Positions 49,622-59,837 of a stretch of 64,000 bases of DNA are shown piece after piece. How positions within the stretch are numbered: the stretch's first letter is position 1; each line of letters starts with the position of its first letter. Location of the stretch: positions 5,599-69,598 of the forward strand of contig JBPOJN010000014.1 in NCBI GenBank assembly GCA_052033505.1, written 5' to 3'. This stretch comes from Myxococcota bacterium (GTDB lineage Bacteria; UBA10199; JACPAL01; GCA-016699445). The position numbers and the translations under genes were made by a program. The notes below the pieces were generated by a model, which saw only the letters and a program-made list of their open reading frames with translations, had not been told where the DNA came from and made no database searches.

Positions 49622-51607
49622 TTACCTGCCTAAAGTCGGAACCTTACCTCTTCCACTACCACCACCTCTGACCGCACCCTTCTGAACAAACGTATGCGGC
49701 ATCGCTCTGACTTTCACGCCTTCGACGGCACCTGCATCGTTCGTCGGTTGGACGTAGACGGCCAGTTCATTCTTCGATTTGGTGCTGAATCCGTTGACTT
49801 GAGTCACGGCGACATCGAAGAAGTTCTCACCCTTTTTCAAGGTCAGAGCCTGCTTGTATTTCTCGCCGATCATCGTCGCCAAAGCCTTCGTATCCTTGTC
49901 GCTGACCACACGTACGCGGATGGTTTCGCCGTTACGATAGTACTGACCCTTCTTCGGCGTCGAAATGACCGCCGCTTCCGTCAGCGTCGCGATGGCAGGC
50001 GCCACCGTGTAGCTCGGCCAATCCAAGGTCGCGATTTCGGCGCCTTTGACGGTTTTGAAGACCAACTGGACTTTTTCCTTCGTGCCCGGGGTCGCGTAAT
50101 CTCTCGCGACCCAATTGTTACCGATGTTATCAAAGCCCGGCATCACGATGGAGTAAGCTTCGTTGCCCTTCAGCGGCGTCGTGTCTTCGTAGACCGTCTT
50201 GTCGCCGACGCGCACGCTGACCGTTACGCCCGCGGGGATGTTCTTCACGGGGGTGAAACTGCCGAGGTTCACGTTGTACTTCTCGTCGGACTTCGTGATC
50301 TTCGCCACACCCGCGGCCGGGGCCGTGGGGAGGTTCACTTGTTTGTTCGGGTTCACACCGGAGAGCAGGCTCGTGCCGATGATGTTACCGGCGTCGTCGA
50401 TACCGGCTTTCAAAGGGCCGACCAGGATCGTGACGTCGCGGTGATGTTTCTTGCCGTCGATGCCGTCATTGTAGTTCACGCCCAGGGTATGTTTGCCGGG
50501 TTCAAGTTCGAGGGTGGCCGGCAGTGTTTGCTCGGGGCCGCCATCGATGCTGATGCCGGTGATCACGTCGCTGGGCTTCAGGCCGGCGAGTTCACGGACT
50601 TTCGCTTCGTCCAGGGTGATGGTCGTCTTGCCCGCTTCGTTCAATTCAGGCGTGAGTTCGACGGTAGACGCATCGACGGTTTCATCGATGAGAACGCCTT
50701 CTGCGTTTGCTTTGCCGATTTTTTTCAACGATCCGCCGCCGCTGCTGCCGCCGAAAGAGACGCTGGCGCCGACGAGGACGTCGACGCTGGCCCACGTGCC
50801 GCCGCTGCCTTTGTTCGGGTTCGCGCTGTTCAGGGTCGGGATCACGGTGCCCGTCAGGCCGACGGTCGTTGAGCCGACCGGGAATTCATAACCAGCGCTG
50901 ATCGGTAGTCCTACGGTCAACAAGGCACCGCCCTGTCCTGCACGGGCCGAGCCGGTGTCGTCGTTTTTCAGTCCCGAAAGACCGGTGTTGCTGCGGCTGC
51001 CGTCGAGAAGAGTTTCATAGGTGTTTTCGCCCGTCTTCAAAGCGCCCGCACTGGCGCGCACACCGGCGCCGACCGTGAGCTGAGGAAGTTTTTTAGGGCT
51101 CCACAAACCGCCGACGGTGACATCCACGCCGAAGGCCGAGAAAGAAGAAGAAACGTCTTCGCCGCCCGGGGTCAGGAAGTTAAGTTTGCCGGAGCGATAA
51201 TTCGCGCCGATGCCGCCAGTCACGAAGAAGTCACCCTGAACATTTTTTTGAGCATTGACGCCGATGCGGGCGGTCGCGCCTTTATGTCCGTAATCACCGC
51301 TGCCCTGGCTGTAACCGCCTTCGGCGACCGCATTAAAGGACCGATCCGCACGTGCATAAATAGCCGTTTCCTTGGGGGCTTCGGAAGCCGGGGCCGCTTC
51401 CGGTTGGGAAGTTTTGCCGTTGATGATAGCCATGAGAGCGGCCTGATCAAACGTCTCACCGGATTCCGTAGTGACCGTGGCTTTTTCATCAGGGCGGCTG
51501 ATAGAAGCGAGGGCTGCTTCTTCCGGAGTGTCGATGGTTCCTTCTCCTTCGACTACACCTTTTGTTTCTTCGCCCGTCGAGCTTTTATACGTAACGTTGA
51601 TACCCAT
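49622..51607 (-). CDS. Hypothetical protein with beta-barrel-like region plus Ig-like beta domains, no signal peptide
   Basis: 661 aa, AGGAGG RBS; alternating amphipathic strands ending GASVSFGG; GC3-rich codons. Confidence 0.7.
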   Translation of the reverse strand: MGINVTYKSSTGEETKGVVEGEGTIDTPEEAALASISRPDEKATVTTESGETFDQAALMAIINGKTSQPEAAPASEAPKETAIYARADRSFNAVAEGGYSQGSGDYGHKGATARIGVNAQKNVQGDFFVTGGIGANYRSGKLNFLTPGGEDVSSSFSAFGVDVTVGGLWSPKKLPQLTVGAGVRASAGALKTGENTYETLLDGSRSNTGLSGLKNDDTGSARAGQGGALLTVGLPISAGYEFPVGSTTVGLTGTVIPTLNSANPNKGSGGTWASVDVLVGASVSFGGSSGGGSLKKIGKANAEGVLIDETVDASTVELTPELNEAGKTTITLDEAKVRELAGLKPSDVITGISIDGGPEQTLPATLELEPGKHTLGVNYNDGIDGKKHHRDVTILVGPLKAGIDDAGNIIGTSLLSGVNPNKQVNLPTAPAAGVAKITKSDEKYNVNLGSFTPVKNIPAGVTVSVRVGDKTVYEDTTPLKGNEAYSIVMPGFDNIGNNWVARDYATPGTKEKVQLVFKTVKGAEIATLDWPSYTVAPAIATLTEAAVISTPKKGQYYRNGETIRVRVVSDKDTKALATMIGEKYKQALTLKKGENFFDVAVTQVNGFSTKSKNELAVYVQPTNDAGAVEGVKVRAMPHTFVQKGAVRGGGSGRGKVPTLGR

Positions 51608-51702
51608 GACATCCTCCTAAAAAGTTTTTCTTGGCAAAAACACCGATCGACTCTGTGGTCGCCGTGTCCTCACATTAAAATGCATTCCGATTGCTGTGGG
51701 AG

Positions 51703-51729
51703 TTATCGTGAAGCATCGCGAAAGGTTGC
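51703..51729 (-). promoter_or_regulatory. Variant sigma28-like promoter motif
   Basis: GCAACCTT-N11-CACGATAA. Confidence 0.65.
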
Positions 51730-51886
51730 GGTCTTTTTGCGGGGAAAAATAAGAAAAAGCGATTTTAGAAAAAAGAAGCGCGCCGTGATCCGGCGGGTAA
51801 AACGCATATAAAGGTAGTGATTGTCCGCATGTGCTAAAAAGACACAGAAATTGAAGAGTTATGCGAAGAATTTCGGATAATAAAAC

Positions 51887-51913
51887 GCAACTTTTAGCGC
51901 GATCCCGCGAAGA
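51887..51913 (+). promoter_or_regulatory. Variant sigma28-like promoter motif
   Basis: GCAACTTT-N11-CGCGAAGA, 25 nt before the ATG at 51939. Confidence 0.65.
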
Positions 51914-51938
51914 GTGGGAGCAAGTTTTGGGAGAAACT

Positions 51939-54900
51939 ATGAAATCGTTTAAAAAAATCATGTTGGGCTTTGGGATGCTGGTTGGATCCTTGTCGATGCT
52001 GGCGGTTTTGGGGGCCAAGGCGGAAGCCGCTTGGGGTCCCGATTATTGCGATCTCGTGGCGGGAACTCCGGCGAAGTTAGGAATCGCTTTGGAGAAAGCG
52101 ATCACTCTTTATAGCGAGGACGAGGTGGACCGCCAATGCCGCCGCGGCATTCGTGTGAAATTAAAAACTACGATCGATCTGCCGGACGGAATCACTCTCA
52201 ATCGTCTTCCCGTCACCGGCCAGAGCGATCGTTTCGCCCTCAGAAAGTGTTATCCCGGAGAGCAGGGATGTTCGACGACTTTGACGAACACCGATGTGGT
52301 CTTGAATCTGGCCGATGCTCCCGAAATTTGCCCCATCAAGATTTCGACTCTTTCCGGTATTAAGGTTGAAAACCTCAAAGTCATCGCCAAAAATCCGGCG
52401 CGTGCGATCTGCGATCAGAACGGTGCGACGATTGCTTTAGAGCAGGCGAACCATACGGCGGCTTATCTTCATAATGTGACCATTTGTTCCGTCGCGAATC
52501 CTGATTGTACCAGCACCCCGATCGATACGGACGGCGACGGCGTCGATGACGTCAACGACAACTGCCCGAATACGCCCGCGGGAACGCCCGTAGATTCGCA
52601 GGGTTGTCCTCTGAATCCCGACACCGACGGTGACGGAATCCCGGATACGACGGATAATTGCGATACGGTCCCGAATCCCGGCCAGCAAGATAACGACGGT
52701 GACCAAGTCGGTGATGCATGTGATCCCGATGACGATAACGACTGGATCGTCGATACGACGGATAATTGCCCTTTGATCCAGAATACCGATCAAACCAATA
52801 CGGACGGCGACGCTCAAGGTGACGTTTGCGACACGGATGATGATAACGACGGACGTTTGGATACGACGGATAATTGCCCGTTAGTTGCGAATCCTGGTCA
52901 AGAAGACTCGGATCACGACGGTCGCGGTGACGTTTGCGACAACGGCCCGACGGATACCGACGGCGACGGCGTGATCGATGCCGTCGACAACTGCGTGACG
53001 GTGCCAAATTTGAATCAAGCGAATAACGACGGCGACGCCCAAGGCGACGCTTGCGACACCGATGACGACAACGACGGCGTCTTGGATACGACGGACAATT
53101 GTCCGTTCGCGGCGAACCCGGCGCAGACCGACACCGATGGTGACGGCCGCGGCGATGCCTGCGATCCTGCCGGTCCTTTGACCGACGGTGACGGTGACGG
53201 CGTGGTGGACGGTACGGATAATTGCCCGACAGTTCCGAATACGGTTCAATTGGATAACGACGGTGATCATCAAGGTGACGCGTGCGACACCGATGATGAC
53301 AACGACACGGTGCTCGATACGACAGACAACTGTCCTTTCGCCGCAAATACCGCTCAGACCGACACCGATGGTGACGGCCGCGGCGATGCGTGTGATCCCG
53401 CCGGTCCTTTGACGGACGGCGACGGCGACGGTGTCGTGGATGGTACGGATAATTGCCCCACGGTCCCGAACACGGTGCAGCTCGACAATGACCACGACGG
53501 TCAAGGCGATGCGTGTGATACGGACGACGACAACGACGGCGTTTTGGATACGGCGGATAATTGCGATTTCGTCGCAAATCCCACGCAGACGGACACGGAC
53601 GGCGACGGTATCGGCGATGCCTGCGATACGATCGTCCCGACCAATCCCGACAGCGACGGCGACGGTGTTCTCGACGGTTCGGATAATTGCCCCACGGTTC
53701 CTTCCACTGATTTGAACGACACGGATGGCGATGGTTTAGGAAATCCTTGCGATACCGATGACGACGGCGATGGCGTGCCGGACACGACGGACAATTGCGT
53801 GCTGGTTGCAAACCCGGCTCAGACCGACACCGATACCGATGGTCTGGGAGATGCGTGCGATACGCCCGGTGATACGGACGGCGACGGTATTTTAGATACG
53901 GTCGACAACTGCGATACGGTCCCAAGCTTGGATTTGACCGACACGGATGGTGATGGCCAGGGTAATCCTTGCGACACCGACGACGACGGCGACGGCGTGC
54001 CGGATATCACGGATAATTGCGACTTCATTGCGAATCCGACTCAGACCGACACCGACGGCGATGGTTTAGGCGATGCCTGCGATAATCCCAGCGGACCTAC
54101 GGACACGGACGGCGACGGGATCTTGGATACGGTCGACAACTGCGACACGGTCCCGAGTTTGGATCAGACCGACACGGATGGTGATGGTCAGGGTAATCCT
54201 TGCGATGCCGACGATGACGGCGACGGCGTGCCGGATACGACGGACAATTGCGATTTCGTCGCGAACCCGACGCAGACCGACGCCGACGGTGACGGCATCG
54301 GCGATGCTTGCGATGCGCCCGGTGACACGGACGGCGACGGCATTCTCGATCCGACCGACAACTGCGATATGGTCGCTTCGACCGATCTCGGCGATCCGGA
54401 CGGCGACGGCCAAGGCAATCCTTGCGATACCGACGACGACGGCGACGGCGTGCCCGACACGACCGATAATTGCGTCCTCACGGCGAACCCCGGTCAAGAA
54501 AATGCGGACGGAGATTTGCTGGGTGACGCCTGCGATACGAATACGGACACAGACGGTGACGGTATTCCGGATATCACCGATAACTGCGACACGGTCGCGT
54601 CTCCGGATTTGACGGACACCGACCACGACGGTCTCGGCAATCCTTGCGATACGGATGACGATGGCGACGGTGATTTGGATACGGCGGACAATTGCCCGCT
54701 GATCGCGAACCCGAACCAAGAAGACGCGAACACCAACGGTATCGGCGACGCGTGCGAAACCTGCGCGGATCCCGATGGCGACGGTCTTTGCAGCACGATC
54801 GAAGACGATATCGGCACTGACCCGCTCGATCCCGATACCGATGACGACGGCGTCGGCGACGGCCTCGACTGCGATCCTCTCGACGATCAGCGCACCACCG

Positions 54901-55313
54901 GAGCGTCTTGCGCCTTTGAAGACACGGACGTTGATGACGACGGTGTCGTGAATACGAGCGACAACTGTCCCTTCATTGCGAACGCGAACCAATCCGATCG
55001 CGATCATGACGGCGTGGGCGACGTCTGCGACGCGCGCCCCGACGAAGCGACGCCGACCGATCAGGACGGCGACGGCGTGGTGGATACGAGCGACAACTGT
55101 CCCTTGGTCGCTAACCCCGATCAGGCGGATACGAACAACAACAACGTCGGAGACGTCTGTGATATCTCACTGACCTTCATCAAAGGCGGTGCTGGTGGTT
55201 GTTCTCTGATGACGGCCACGGCCGGAGCCTCCGCTTCGATGCCGACGGCGGCGGCAGTCTTAGGCCTGCTGATGTCTTTACCGATGATGGCGGTTCGTTT
55301 TTTTCGGAAATAA
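51939..55313 (+). CDS. Thrombospondin type-3 repeat surface protein with MYXO-CTERM-like tail
   Basis: Signal peptide; more than 20 DxDGDG..D..DNC..N..Q.D.D.DG.GDAC repeats; GGAGGCSL + TM + RFFRK. Confidence 0.9.
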   Translation: MKSFKKIMLGFGMLVGSLSMLAVLGAKAEAAWGPDYCDLVAGTPAKLGIALEKAITLYSEDEVDRQCRRGIRVKLKTTIDLPDGITLNRLPVTGQSDRFALRKCYPGEQGCSTTLTNTDVVLNLADAPEICPIKISTLSGIKVENLKVIAKNPARAICDQNGATIALEQANHTAAYLHNVTICSVANPDCTSTPIDTDGDGVDDVNDNCPNTPAGTPVDSQGCPLNPDTDGDGIPDTTDNCDTVPNPGQQDNDGDQVGDACDPDDDNDWIVDTTDNCPLIQNTDQTNTDGDAQGDVCDTDDDNDGRLDTTDNCPLVANPGQEDSDHDGRGDVCDNGPTDTDGDGVIDAVDNCVTVPNLNQANNDGDAQGDACDTDDDNDGVLDTTDNCPFAANPAQTDTDGDGRGDACDPAGPLTDGDGDGVVDGTDNCPTVPNTVQLDNDGDHQGDACDTDDDNDTVLDTTDNCPFAANTAQTDTDGDGRGDACDPAGPLTDGDGDGVVDGTDNCPTVPNTVQLDNDHDGQGDACDTDDDNDGVLDTADNCDFVANPTQTDTDGDGIGDACDTIVPTNPDSDGDGVLDGSDNCPTVPSTDLNDTDGDGLGNPCDTDDDGDGVPDTTDNCVLVANPAQTDTDTDGLGDACDTPGDTDGDGILDTVDNCDTVPSLDLTDTDGDGQGNPCDTDDDGDGVPDITDNCDFIANPTQTDTDGDGLGDACDNPSGPTDTDGDGILDTVDNCDTVPSLDQTDTDGDGQGNPCDADDDGDGVPDTTDNCDFVANPTQTDADGDGIGDACDAPGDTDGDGILDPTDNCDMVASTDLGDPDGDGQGNPCDTDDDGDGVPDTTDNCVLTANPGQENADGDLLGDACDTNTDTDGDGIPDITDNCDTVASPDLTDTDHDGLGNPCDTDDDGDGDLDTADNCPLIANPNQEDANTNGIGDACETCADPDGDGLCSTIEDDIGTDPLDPDTDDDGVGDGLDCDPLDDQRTTGASCAFEDTDVDDDGVVNTSDNCPFIANANQSDRDHDGVGDVCDARPDEATPTDQDGDGVVDTSDNCPLVANPDQADTNNNNVGDVCDISLTFIKGGAGGCSLMTATAGASASMPTAAAVLGLLMSLPMMAVRFFRK

Positions 55314-55336
55314 AATAAAACGGATAGAAATCGGCG

Positions 55337-55372
55337 AAACCCCCGTGCCTTCCTTAGGGCGCGGGGGTTTTT
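55337..55372 (+). terminator. Intrinsic terminator
   Basis: AAACCCCCGTGCC-loop-GGCGCGGGGGTTTTT. Confidence 0.75.
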
Positions 55373-55416
55373 GCGTTCTTGATCTCAGAGCTTCGCTGTG
55401 GCAGTTCTTTGGGTCT

Positions 55417-56136
55417 ATGACGACCAATCTTTCTCCCGCTTCCTATATGACCGAAGAGGCGATCGCGCAGGAAAACGCGAGGTTCATGTCGAAGGTCTAC
55501 ACATGGATGGTGTTCGGCGTGGCATTGACGGCTTTCGTGGCCTATGCCATCGCGAGCAATCCACGTCTGGCGATCCAGATCGTCCAAAACAGGATGCTGT
55601 TTTACGCGGTTTTTTTCGGGCAGCTGGGCCTGGTTATCGTCTTGACCGCTGCGGCAAGGAAACTCAACGCCGTCGCGGTCACCGCGCTTTATCTCGGATA
55701 TTCAGCCCTCATGGGTGTGACCATGTCGGTCCTCTTCTTGATCTACACGGGCGATAGCATCATGCATGTGTTCGGGATCACGGCGATCTCGTTCGCGGGT
55801 TTGAGCGCCTTCGGTTACATCACGAAAAAGGATTTGGGCCCGGTCGGGTCTTTTTGCATGATGGGACTTTTCGGCATGGTGGGTTTTGCGGTGGTTTCCA
55901 TCTTTTTTCCGTCCGTGATGACGACCACGGCAAGCCAGGTCTACGGCCTCGTTGGCATCGTCGTTTTTTCAGGGCTTACGGCTTACGACACCCAAAAAAT
56001 CAAAAAACTCAACGTCTTAGGCAATGAAGGCACGGCCGAAGACCATAAAGAGGCCGTCTACGGTGCCCTGACCTTATATCTGGATTTCATTAATCTTTTC
56101 CTAAGCCTGCTCCGCCTCTTCGGAAGACGCCGCTGA
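55417..56136 (+). CDS. Bax inhibitor-1/YccA family membrane protein
   Basis: FMSKVYTWM, TKKDL, TAYDTQKIK, GALTLYLDFINLF. Confidence 0.93.
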   Translation: MTTNLSPASYMTEEAIAQENARFMSKVYTWMVFGVALTAFVAYAIASNPRLAIQIVQNRMLFYAVFFGQLGLVIVLTAAARKLNAVAVTALYLGYSALMGVTMSVLFLIYTGDSIMHVFGITAISFAGLSAFGYITKKDLGPVGSFCMMGLFGMVGFAVVSIFFPSVMTTTASQVYGLVGIVVFSGLTAYDTQKIKKLNVLGNEGTAEDHKEAVYGALTLYLDFINLFLSLLRLFGRRR

Positions 56137-56174
56137 GTTTCCGTCCGTCTTTTCTCGAATCCTTCCTAAATCCC

Positions 56175-56201
56175 GCAACTTTTCGTCTCTCCGGTCGATA
56201 C
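56175..56201 (+). promoter_or_regulatory. Variant sigma28-like promoter motif
   Basis: GCAACTTT-N11-GTCGATAC. Confidence 0.65.
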
Positions 56202-56246
56202 ATCCCTTGATAAGAACAACGTCTATTTTCAATGGGAGAAGTCTTT

Positions 56247-58316
56247 ATGAAGACAAAAATGATGATTTTCGCGGTGATGGCAGCAGCCTTCTTGGGCATT
56301 GGTTCCAAGGCTCATGCCGCTTGGGGACCGGATTATTGCGATTTGGTCGCAGGCACTCCGGATCAATTGGCCACGGGACTGAAAGAAGCCTTTCGGTTGT
56401 ACAGTCTTCCCGATGAAGACCGCCAATGTCGATTCGGCGTTCGCGTCAAGCTTGCGAGCAAGATCAATCTCCCGAGCGGTTTCACCTTGAATCGTTTACC
56501 TCTCCCGGGTCAGACCGAGAGATTTACCCTGAGAAAGTGCCTGACTCCGGAATCCGGTTGTCCCGAGTTATCCAATACCGATGTCGTTCTCGATTTATCG
56601 GAAGCCTCCGACATTTGCCCGATTCAAATTTCCCACTTCACCGCCGCTAAAATTGAAAACTTAAAAGTGATCGCGAAAAATCCTGCACGCGCCATTTGCG
56701 ATGACGCCGGCGTGACGATTCCTAAAGAACAAGCCAATCATCCTGCGGCTTACCTTCATAACGTAACCATTTGCTCTGTGGCGAATCCAAATTGCGAAGG
56801 CAATACGGTAGATACCGACGGCGACGGTGTGGCTGACGGCGACGACAATTGTCCTACCGTTTCCAATCCGAGCCAGACCGACACCGATGGTGACGGCCAA
56901 GGCGACGCTTGCGATACCGATGATGACGGTGACGGCATCCCGGACGGCGAAGACCAATGTCCTCTGCAGCCCGGCACGGCCGAAAATCACGGCTGTCCTC
57001 CGAACGGCGGCGATCAGGACGGCGACGGTATTCCGGATACGGCCGACCTTTGCGATCGCGATTCGACGGGCAATGCTTGCGACTCCACGAACCTCTCGGC
57101 GTGTTTCCCGAACGCCGTAGACAATCTCTGCAGCGCGATGTCCCCCGGCAGCTCTTGCAGCGAGACCGAAGACATGGATCACGACGGACGCGGTAATGCT
57201 TGCGACGTCGATGTCGATGGTGACGGTTTGTCCAACGCCTCCGATCCCGACGCGTTCGATGCCGATGCCGATAACGACGGTCTCTGCGACGGCCCGGTCA
57301 TCGTGACGGCCGTCTGTACCGAAGCTTCCGATCCTTGCCCTCTTTTGAATGGTGTGATCCGCAATACCTTAGGCCAGTGCGCTCCCGAGCCCACGAACCC
57401 GACGGACGCGGATCCGGACGGAGACGGTCTGACGAACGCGCTTGAAGACATGATCGGTACGAACCGCAACCAGGCCGATACCGACAACGACGGCGCGAAG
57501 GACGGCGTGGATTGCTACCCTCTGGACGCGACCAAGTACCTCTGCGGTGGCGGCTCGACCGTGACCGATCCCGACTTTGACAACGACGGTATCTGCGACA
57601 CGGCGCAGAGCGCGACGGATCCCATCACGGGACGCGCCTGTACACCGAACGCTCAAGGCCTCGGTGATAACTGCCCGGCCACGGCGAATCCGAATCAGGC
57701 CGACGCGAACAATAACAACGTCGGTGACGCGTGTGAAATCAGCTCCAGCATCGACGGTGACGGCGATACTTTGCCGGACGATCTCGAAGAAGGCGTGTTT
57801 CATACGGATCCGACTCTTCCGGACACGGATCATGACGGCCTGAGAGATGATGTCGAAGTCAACGGCCCGACTTACATGGGCGGCGACGGTCCTCTGAATC
57901 CGGACATCGACGGCGACGGTATCTGCGACGGTCCCGCGACGGTCACCGACATCTGCACCGCGGGCCCCAACGGCACGGGTGACAACTGCCCGATCGTCTC
58001 GAACGCCGACCAGGCGGATGAAGACGGCGACGGACGCGGTGACAAGTGTGAAGGCGACATGGACGGCGATGGCGTGGCGGACGAGGTCGACAACTGCATC
58101 TTCGTGGCGAACACGAACCAGTTGAACTCGAACGACACCGGCCCGGGCGACGCCTGCGAACCGAACATGAGCACCAGCGGCATCGACGGCGGTTGCCAAC
58201 TGAACGCCTTCGGCGAAGGGAAAGTGAACTTAGGCTCCGTCTTCCTGATGACGGCGTCCTTCGCGATCCTGCTGGGTTTCAGCGCGGTGGCACGCCGTAA
58301 AAAGGCGGACCTTTAA
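56247..58316 (+). CDS. Paralogous TSP3 repeat surface protein with MYXO-CTERM-like tail
   Basis: Signal peptide; same N-terminal [15 protein letters not shown] domain; TSP3 repeats; DGGCQL + TM + RRKK. Confidence 0.9.
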   Translation: MKTKMMIFAVMAAAFLGIGSKAHAAWGPDYCDLVAGTPDQLATGLKEAFRLYSLPDEDRQCRFGVRVKLASKINLPSGFTLNRLPLPGQTERFTLRKCLTPESGCPELSNTDVVLDLSEASDICPIQISHFTAAKIENLKVIAKNPARAICDDAGVTIPKEQANHPAAYLHNVTICSVANPNCEGNTVDTDGDGVADGDDNCPTVSNPSQTDTDGDGQGDACDTDDDGDGIPDGEDQCPLQPGTAENHGCPPNGGDQDGDGIPDTADLCDRDSTGNACDSTNLSACFPNAVDNLCSAMSPGSSCSETEDMDHDGRGNACDVDVDGDGLSNASDPDAFDADADNDGLCDGPVIVTAVCTEASDPCPLLNGVIRNTLGQCAPEPTNPTDADPDGDGLTNALEDMIGTNRNQADTDNDGAKDGVDCYPLDATKYLCGGGSTVTDPDFDNDGICDTAQSATDPITGRACTPNAQGLGDNCPATANPNQADANNNNVGDACEISSSIDGDGDTLPDDLEEGVFHTDPTLPDTDHDGLRDDVEVNGPTYMGGDGPLNPDIDGDGICDGPATVTDICTAGPNGTGDNCPIVSNADQADEDGDGRGDKCEGDMDGDGVADEVDNCIFVANTNQLNSNDTGPGDACEPNMSTSGIDGGCQLNAFGEGKVNLGSVFLMTASFAILLGFSAVARRKKADL

Positions 58317-58347
58317 AACAAGACTCCCCCTCCCTTATAAAAAAGGG

Positions 58348-58384
58348 AAAAGCCCCTGTACCGGCGACGGTGCAGGGGCTTTTT
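58348..58384. terminator. Bidirectional intrinsic terminator
   Basis: AAAAGCCCCTGTACCG-GCGA-CGGTGCAGGGGCTTTT between convergent genes. Confidence 0.8.
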
Positions 58385-58413
58385 ATATTTTTGGGAATTT
58401 TTTCGAGCCGGAA

Positions 58414-59814
58414 TCAGGCGGACTTCGTCGTACGCCCGTAAATGTCGTCGAATCTCTGGATGTCGTCTTCTCCCACGTAGCCTCCGGTTTGCACTTCGAT
58501 GATGACCAGGGGCGTTTCGGAGGGGTTTTCCAAGCGATGTTTTTGGCCTTTCGGGATGAACGTGGATTCCGATTCTTTTAAGATGATTTCCGAAGACCCG
58601 TTCGTAACCTTGGCCGAACCTTGGATTACGACCCAATGCTCGGCGCGATGTTCGTGACGTTGAAGGCTGAGTTTATGGCCGGGAGCCACGACGATCCTTT
58701 TGATCTTATAACCCGCGCCTTCCTCCAAGACGGTGAACTGTCCCCAAGGCCTGAGCGTTGTGGTGCCAGTTTCCGATTTTTTCATCTGCGAAAACCCTTC
58801 GGAGATTTTTTTTACGTCCTGCGATTTCTCTAGAGGACATACTAAGACCCGATTCCCCGACTGTACGACGACCGTGTCTTTCAATCCCAGGACCCCGACC
58901 GAACCGTTTTCGGAAAACACCCAGGAATTCTGACAGTCTTCGGCGATGACGCCCTCCGAAAAAAAATTATGACGATCGTCTTGAGGAGCGTTTTGGTGGA
59001 CGGACTTCCAGGTGCCCAGGTCGTTCCAATGAAAATCGCCGGGTACGAGCGAAATGCGGTCCGATTTTTCCATAAGGCCATAATCAATGGAAAGAGAGGG
59101 CAGCGATGCGTACAGATCGGGATCGAGGAGGTTTTGAGAGGAAATTTTTTCTAAATTTTTCAACAGCTCAGGCTGATGCCTCTGCATTTCCTCCAGGAAC
59201 ACCGACGCTTTGAAAACGAACATTCCGGAGTTCCAATAACAATTCCCTTCGGCGATCAGTTTCTGCGCCGCTTCCAAGCTCGGTTTCTCGATGAAATTCT
59301 CCACGTCGTAGCCCGAAGCCGCGGTTTTTTTTGCGCGGATATAGCCGTAGCCCGTTTCCGGAGAGGTTGGTGAGATTCCGAAAGTGACGAGCTTGTCCCG
59401 GGACGCTTCCTGGAATGCGTTTTGCCAAGCCTCTGAAAAAGGACCCGAGATCAGATGGTCGGAAGGAAACACCGAGATGACCGCGTCCGGATTTTTGCGG
59501 CCGATGAGAAGCACGCCGAGCGCTATCGCCGGTAGCGTATTGCGCGCTGAAGGTTCCGCGATGACGTGGGCCCCGAGTCCCGTATGGATCTCCTCGAGTT
59601 GCCGCTTGGTTTCTTCGTAAAAGTCCGCATGGGTGACGGTGTAAATACGTTCCGCGGGAACCAGCGTCAAAGTCCGTTTCGCCGTTTTTTGAACCAGGCT
59701 TTCGGCGTCGAACAAAGAAAGCAAATGTTTCGGCTGGGATTTGCGGGACAAAGGCCAAAGCCGTGTGCCCGATCCGCCCGCGAGAATGAGACCAAAATGG
59801 AAGGGAGAAGGCAT
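58414..59814 (-). CDS. manC: Mannose-1-phosphate guanylyltransferase / mannose-6-phosphate isomerase
   Basis: LAGGSGTRLWPLSR, ETGYGYI, WNSGMF, SIDYGLMEK, RPWG, cupin HRAEHW. Confidence 0.95.
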   Translation of the reverse strand: MPSPFHFGLILAGGSGTRLWPLSRKSQPKHLLSLFDAESLVQKTAKRTLTLVPAERIYTVTHADFYEETKRQLEEIHTGLGAHVIAEPSARNTLPAIALGVLLIGRKNPDAVISVFPSDHLISGPFSEAWQNAFQEASRDKLVTFGISPTSPETGYGYIRAKKTAASGYDVENFIEKPSLEAAQKLIAEGNCYWNSGMFVFKASVFLEEMQRHQPELLKNLEKISSQNLLDPDLYASLPSLSIDYGLMEKSDRISLVPGDFHWNDLGTWKSVHQNAPQDDRHNFFSEGVIAEDCQNSWVFSENGSVGVLGLKDTVVVQSGNRVLVCPLEKSQDVKKISEGFSQMKKSETGTTTLRPWGQFTVLEEGAGYKIKRIVVAPGHKLSLQRHEHRAEHWVVIQGSAKVTNGSSEIILKESESTFIPKGQKHRLENPSETPLVIIEVQTGGYVGEDDIQRFDDIYGRTTKSA

Positions 59815-59837
59815 AGGAGGTTGAATCGGTTTTCCGT

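Noticed and set aside
49694-50872. 392-aa plus-strand ORF and similar long antisense ORFs (52552-53925, 54066-55007, 35328-36275)
   Set aside because: They lie opposite genes with strong codon bias and show no motifs; typical GC-rich shadow frames.
52520-55165. Dense nucleotide repeats resembling an array
   Set aside because: They are in-frame TSP3 coding repeats with synonymous variation, not CRISPR; there is no repeat-spacer structure and no cas genes.
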